Of a stretch of DNA of 43,608 bases, positions 37,575 to 43,608 are shown piece by piece. This DNA comes from Octopus sinensis (Eukaryota): positions 1 through 43,608 of the forward strand of contig NW_021835032.1 of NCBI RefSeq assembly GCF_006345805.1, in the 5' to 3' direction. The position numbers and the translations under genes were made by a program. Position 1 is the first letter of the stretch. Each line of letters opens with the position of its first letter. The notes beneath the pieces are model-generated. The model was not told the origin of the DNA, searched no databases, and worked only from the letters and a program-made list of their open reading frames with translations.

Positions 37575-37782
37575 TCTTTTACTCTTTTACTTGTTTCAGT
37601 CATTTGACTGTGGCCAAGCTGGAGCACCGCCTTTAGTCGAGCAAATCAAATCTAGTACTTATTCTTTCTAAGCCTAGTACTTATTCTATCGGTCTCTTTT
37701 GCCGAACCGCTAAGTTACGGGAACGTAACACACCAGTGTCGGTTGTCAACCGATGCTGGAGGGGCAAACACAGACACACAAA

Positions 37783-37826
<44 letters not shown>

Positions 37827-37974
37827 TATACATATATACGAAAGGGCTCCTTTCAGTTTCCGTCTACCAAATCCACTGACAAGTCTTTTGTCGGTCCGAG
37901 GCCATAGTAGAAAAGCCTGCCAAAGGTGCCACGCAGTGAGACTGAACCCAGATATTTACCACACAGCCACTTCT
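37573..37974 (-). mobile_element. SINE family A (small deletion in head)
   Basis: Collinear with the other family A copies. Confidence 0.9.
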
Positions 37975-38153
37975 ATATATATATATATATATATATTATA
38001 TATTCACATACATCACACACACACACACATATATATATATAAACAAAGAATATATGTATATATATATATATAATATATAATATATACACAGACACACAAA
38101 TATGTGTGTGTATGTGCTTGTGTATGTACGACTGTATGTATGTATATATATAC

Positions 38154-38186
<33 letters not shown>

Positions 38187-39093
38187 TTAGATAGGAGATC
38201 AATTTACAATATGTCCATTAATTACGTATGTGAAATTTCAAATTTTGAGTAATTAGTCATTAATGTCTTAAGATAATATATTTCAGATTATCACTTCGAA
38301 AGTAAACTGAAGTAAATTAGTTGTGTATATAGTTGTGTGAAACTTATTAAGACATATTCTATACGGAAAACAATAGTTACAAAAATGATATATACTTCTG
38401 AGCACGTAGATTGATCATGCATACATAATCGAACACAAGATCCTATACGTATACACACGTATATGTGTATACGTAAATATTAGCATACGGTTTATGTATT
38501 TACTGATATCTCTACATATTTTCATATAAATTTGTATATACATACGTATATGCATATCTTACAACGCGTATACATATATATATATGCATGTGTATGTGTG
38601 TGTGTGATTGTGTGTGCGTGCGTGTACGTGTGTATATATATATATATATGTGTGTATTTATATATATTATATATATGCATATATACATATCTATATTACA
38701 CGATATACACATATATAAATTATATATGTATATCTACATATATATATAGACACACAGATATATACATATGTATATATATACATATATAATATATATATAT
38801 TATTATATGTATATATATATATAATATATATATACTATATATATATAGGTACATAGAGAGAGAGAGAATTTTGAAGTGAAGATAAATTCGTAATATTGTA
38901 CATATACAGATTCTTTATGTAGAATAATTAGATAGTTAGAATGTTGGATGATTATATATATATATATATAGTTACAACCTATTTACATATTATTGGTTTC
39001 TTCCTTTCTTCCATTATCGGTTAGATAAAAAAAACGGTTCAAAATTAGATTTAAAATTTAGATACACACACTCTCTCTCTCTCTCTCTCACAC

Positions 39094-39134
<41 letters not shown>

Positions 39135-39319
39135 CGTATAATATATAGACGCTGTATTGTAGAATCGTTAGCACACCAGATAAAATTCTTTGGGGGAAGT
39201 CGTCTGACTGTGTGTTCTGATTTCAAATTCCAACGAAGAAGACATCCTACAAAATATGTACAAATTTAAAGCCCGTATCCGTGTGAACGACTAGTCACTT
39301 CACATAAAATTCCAAGCCC

Positions 39320-39810
39320 TGTGAATGACCATGGGATTGCACCTAGAAAGTTACCCTCAGAGGCAAAATTCTGGGCAAGGTTGTTTATGGAAGACCAGCA
39401 GTCGCCTACGCTTACCAGCCTCCGTTCTCCACGCCACCGATGTTATCCAAAGGAAAGGCAAAGACAGATACAGCTTGGCACCAGTGACCTCGCAGCTCAA
39501 TTATTAACGTGCAAGTGGCTGAGCACTCCACAGATTCGTGTACACTTATCGTAATTCTCGGGGAGATTCAGCATGACACAGAGTGTGACAAGACTGGCCT
39601 TTGAAATACAGGTGCAACAGAAACAGGAAAACAGAGTGAGAGAAAGTTGTGGTGAAGGAGTACAGCAGGGTTCATCCCCCACCTGCCGGAGACTCGTGGA
39701 GCTTTAGGTGTTTTCGCTCAATAAACACTCACAATGCCCCATCTGAGGATCAAAACCACGATCCTACGACCGCGAGCCCTCTGCCCAAACCACTGGGCCA
39801 TTGCACCTCC
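39320..39810 (-). mobile_element. Composite SINE: family B 5' part (39500-39810) joined to family C 3' part (39320-39499)
   Basis: 39500-39810 matches 8495-8785; 39320-39499 is the reverse complement of about 19105-19280. Confidence 0.85.
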
Positions 39811-39929
39811 AAAAGCGGCTGCTATTTCTAGCGTGGTGGTATCTCTTAGATACCCTAAATTATGATTTATAAATGTGTGTGTGTTTGTGTGTGCGCGCGT
39901 TTGTGTTTATGTGCGTGTTTGTGTGTGTT

Positions 39930-40020
39930 GTACGTAGCTTGCTTACCGATCACATGGTTCCGGGTTCAGTGCTACTGCGTGGCACCTGGGGCAAGTGCCT
40001 TGTACCATAGCCTCGGGAGC
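39930..40020 (+). mobile_element. SINE family A head fragment
   Basis: GTAGCTTGCTTACCGATCACATGGTTCCGGGTTCAGT..GGGCAAGTG..ATAGCCTCGGG. Confidence 0.8.
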
Positions 40021-40127
40021 ACCGCCAGTGTATAATCTTCTCGATGGCCTATCTCATTGGAGTGGATTTTCATGAAGGAGGGTATTCGACAATACTGCTT
40101 TCCTTTGAAGTTCGTTCCTTGATATAA

Positions 40128-40500
40128 TACTTTTGCTTGTTTCAAATATTTGATTCGCGGCTATTATGCGGTACTGATTTGAACGGTCTTTAGTCGAATA
40201 TATCGATCCCAAAGACTTATGATTTTTAAGCCTGGCACTTATTCTATCTGTCTAGGTTACGGGGACGTTAACACACCATCAAATGTCTTCAAAAAGTTGG
40301 GAAAACAAACAAGGACAAAAAGATCAAACACACATGTATGGATACGTGTTGGGCCCCTTTCTGCTTCCGTTTACTAAGTCCGTCATAATAGTCTGGTCGG
40401 CCCGAGACTATTGTACACGACACTTGCCCATGTTGTCACGCAGTGGGACTGAACCTCGAACAATGTGGGCGGGAGGCAAGTTTCTTACCACACACCCACA
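40128..40500 (-). mobile_element. Old, diverged SINE family A copy
   Basis: TTTAGTCGAA..ATCGATCCC, CTTATTCTATC, GTTACGGGGACGT, GACACTTGCCCA, CGCAGTGGGACTGAACC. Confidence 0.75.
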
Positions 40501-40689
40501 ACGACTCCGTTTAATTGAACAATACAAATATTACATCAATTATAAAATGTAGAGCAATCTTCAGCTGCATAAAAATATACAAATGAATCCTTCAAATTTA
40601 ACGAAATTCTATAATTTTATGCAGCTGAAGATTGATCTACATTTTAAAATTGATGTAATATTTGCATTGCTCAATTAAATGGACTCGCA

Positions 40690-40935
40690 TGAAACGATCA
40701 TACAGCATTACCTCTGGATATCCCTGTTGCTCATTTCGATTATATATATATGTGATTCATTTCGATTATATATATATATGTGTTTCTTTTCCGTGTATCT
40801 TTCCGTTGAAGAGCGTAGGCTCGAAACGTAAAAGACTTGCTTTATTTCTATTCCTGAGCGCCATACTAATACAATTGTTTGTTTGTACTCCACTCCATCT
40901 GCCTTCGTTTTTTGTTATTTTCGTAAAGCTTCCCG

Positions 40936-40938
<3 letters not shown>
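40690..40938 (+). mobile_element. Penelope-like terminal repeat containing a degenerate minimal type I hammerhead motif (40798-40835)
   Basis: TCTTT-CCGTTGA-A-GAGC-GTAG-GCTC-GAAA-CG-T-A-AAAGA; T-rich end abutting (TA)n. Confidence 0.6.
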
Positions 40939-40978
<40 letters not shown>

Positions 40979-41151
40979 AATATATATATATATCGTATAG
41001 ATATAGATATATACATACATATATATATCGATATAGATATAGATATATAAGTATATACAGATATATGTATATATATAAGTCTCTGTGTGTTTGTGTGGGG
41101 GGGTGAGTGAGTGTAGGTATGAGTGCGTGTATGTATGTATATATGTATATA

Positions 41152-42447
41152 TCAGGTCATCTCATAAGTTCTGTCCGAATTTTCATAAAGAAAACAAGTG
41201 ATCAAATGTTATATTTAATTGAAATTTAATCATTAATGTACGTTCCCTGATTATCTATGACATTCTTCCATCTATTTACAACCTTTTTAGTCCCATTAAT
41301 GTAAAACTCTTTCGGTTTGAAAGCGAAAATCTCTGAAACGTCAATTTCGACCTCCCCCTGGCTTGCGAAAATTACGTCCCCTAAATGATTCTGTAAACTA
41401 CGAAACAAATGATAGTCTGTTGGAGCAAGGTCGGGAGTATAAAGAGGATGAGGGATTTTTCCCAACCAAGCTCTTCTTTCTTCTGCGATGTGATCATGCA
41501 GTGCGAGCTCGTGCATTGTCCTGATGAAACATCAATCCTTTTCGATTCACTAAAGCGGGTCCTTTTTCTTCAAAGCTTGGTTCAAACGTTCTAATTGCTG
41601 CCAGTAGACTTGAGCATTGATTGTTGCATTAGGTGTTAACTATTCAAAGTGAAGTACCCCTATGCAATTCCACCAGAAAGAGAGAAGAATCCTTTTTCCA
41701 TGAAGTTCCATTCTCGGTTGGGACTGATCCTTTTCCCTTTTACCAAGCCATTGTTTACAACGTTTAACATTTCGATAAAATATCCGTTTTTCGTAACCAG
41801 TCACAAGTCTCTCCAAAAAGGGTGAAATGAGTTCGCGAGAATGGAGAGAACAGATGTTAACTCGGGATTTGCGGTTGCTTTCGGATAATCCATGAGGTAC
41901 ACATTTTCCAAGTTTAGGAACTTTTCCAAGTAGCTGAAAAGATTATAATGAGCGGTTGTATCGTTTGAACTAAGCTGTATAGCCAATTCTTTATTTGATA
42001 ATGCAGGATTTTCTTTAAGTAATGCCTCAAGGATCGTATCATCAAACTCAACTGGACGTCCTGTTCAATCTTTTTCTTCAAGGCTGAAATCTCAACTTCT
42101 GAATTTTGCAAACCATCTGCTGCAAGTTCTTTCATTCAAGCATTCTTTCCCATAAACTGAGTGTATGTTTCCAGTCGCTTCGGCTGCAGAGTTTCATGTC
42201 TTTTGTACTCATAAAGCATTATGTACCTTAAATGCTCTTTGGATACTTTCATGTTAGAAAGGATTTTTTAATCAAAGATATTTTAATTCTATCATTCTCT
42301 AAAATAATATTTGATTAGTTTAAATGCGCACAAATACATAAAATAATTTTAAATTCCATTAGACATTCTAAAATACTATTAAATTCCATTCAATTTCATT
42401 CAATTTTAAAAAAGGTAAAATCGGACAGAACATATTGGATGACCTGA
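41152..42447 (-). mobile_element. Full-length decayed mariner (DD34D) transposon (about 1.3 kb), second family
   Basis: TA-flanked TIRs TCAGGTCATCTCATAAGTTCTGTCCGA / TCGGACAGAACATATTGGATGACCTGA. Transposase from ATG at 42252 (MKVSKEHLRYIMLYEYK) to stop at 41226 (HPLYTPDLAPTDYHLFRSLQNHL); frameshifted. Confidence 0.95.
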
Positions 42448-42984
42448 TATATGAGTTTATGTTTATATATATATATATATAGATATAGATATATATGCAT
42501 ATATACAGATACATATATATGTCTGTACCTGTGGTACCATGAAATAGACTTAGTGACTGCCTTTGATAATAAACAAATAATGTCGATAGTTACATATAAA
42601 TGAATGCTTGAAACTGTCACCGTAATTGACTATGATAACTACCATTATAAGACATTCAATCGAAGCACACCTTTCCTGAAATGATTTGCTGATTTATCAT
42701 GACATTTATTAACATAATTATTAATCTATAGAAATGATACTTACCTTATCTATAGTCGATAAAGCAATATGTTAATCAAAACATAAATTATTCAAAAGAT
42801 CATAGTAGAATTTTCAGATAATACATACACACGTTGTCAATAACAATTATTTTCTTTAAGCGTGTTAATTCAAATAAGAAGCCACATCCCGAGTCGGAAG
42901 ACTCATAAAGCCAGTATTTAATTTACATGACGTATAAAACCCCAATTTCACAATATAGCCCACTTTCAATGTAAGCTTGTTAGT

Positions 42985-43135
42985 TGCAGGGATTACCCAT
43001 TTATAGCTGTGTGAAGTGGACGAATGTGAAACAACGTATTTTGCCCATTAACTCAAATCACCACATTGTTGGTGAATCGAAACTGCGATCGCAAAGTCGT
43101 CAGTACAAGCTGACCATGCTGTCACATGCGTTCAT
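42985..43135 (-). mobile_element. Highly diverged tRNA-derived SINE head (family C-like)
   Basis: Minus strand shows B-box-like GTTTCGATTC, then GGGCAAAATAC..TTTCAC..CACTTCACACAGCTATAAATGGGT, like the 19050-19110 core. Confidence 0.45.
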
Positions 43136-43608
43136 CAAACCCGTTAGTTGTGACACGCAAATTTGCTATTCGCACTTCCATACCACTGCTTCTGTACCGT
43201 TTAACCTGTCCTAAAATTCACGATATCTCTTGATGGTAGTAACTTTCTTTAAATTAATTTTGGCGGTCATGGGGCATATTCAAATCTTGAGAAATATTCT
43301 ACTCTAAGGAGAAGAAGAATCAAGAACATTAAAACATTGACTTATATTTGCGAACATTTTCTTTACTGGAATGGGCTCTTGTCTTAGACGTCGAGAGTTA
43401 AACAAGACAGAATATAATGCTTTTTGATAAGTATACATTCCTCAAAAGACGAAACACTTATACCTAAAAAACACACTCACACAATTACAAAACGGCAGAC
43501 AGACGCATACACACACACTATCACACAGAGAAAGACAGACACATACACATACATATGCAAAAAGATGTGCGTGCTGAAAGCATTTAGATTACGACAAGCA
43601 ATTTGTAA

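Overview
AT-rich, repeat-saturated eukaryotic DNA, either intergenic or deep intronic, with no recognisable host exon. The SINE families and dense (TA)n/(CA)n/(TAA)n/(TATC)n tracts look like an octopus (coleoid cephalopod) genome; this is inferred from recognition, not from a search. Almost all supplied ORFs are microsatellite read-throughs. Retroelements: a 5'-truncated CR1/L2-group LINE with a 409-aa RT ORF, a second LINE 3' end, an RTE remnant, R4/Dong-type elements in (TAA)n arrays, Penelope-like pieces (GIY-YIG endonuclease and terminal repeats), a Ty3/Gypsy gag remnant and more than 15 tRNA-derived SINE copies from several modular families. DNA transposons: two full-length decayed mariners, two Tc1 elements, MITEs and a non-autonomous Helitron. 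The most striking signal is at 11885-11945 in a Penelope terminal repeat, where all three hammerhead-ribozyme core strands are present with complementary stems but in a non-circularly permuted order. Other highlights are a LINE/SINE shared 3' stem-loop tail, a TSD-flanked chimeric insertion inside a mariner, a 558-bp non-coding (TAA)n-embedded element with a compact pseudoknot, and several fold-back structures.
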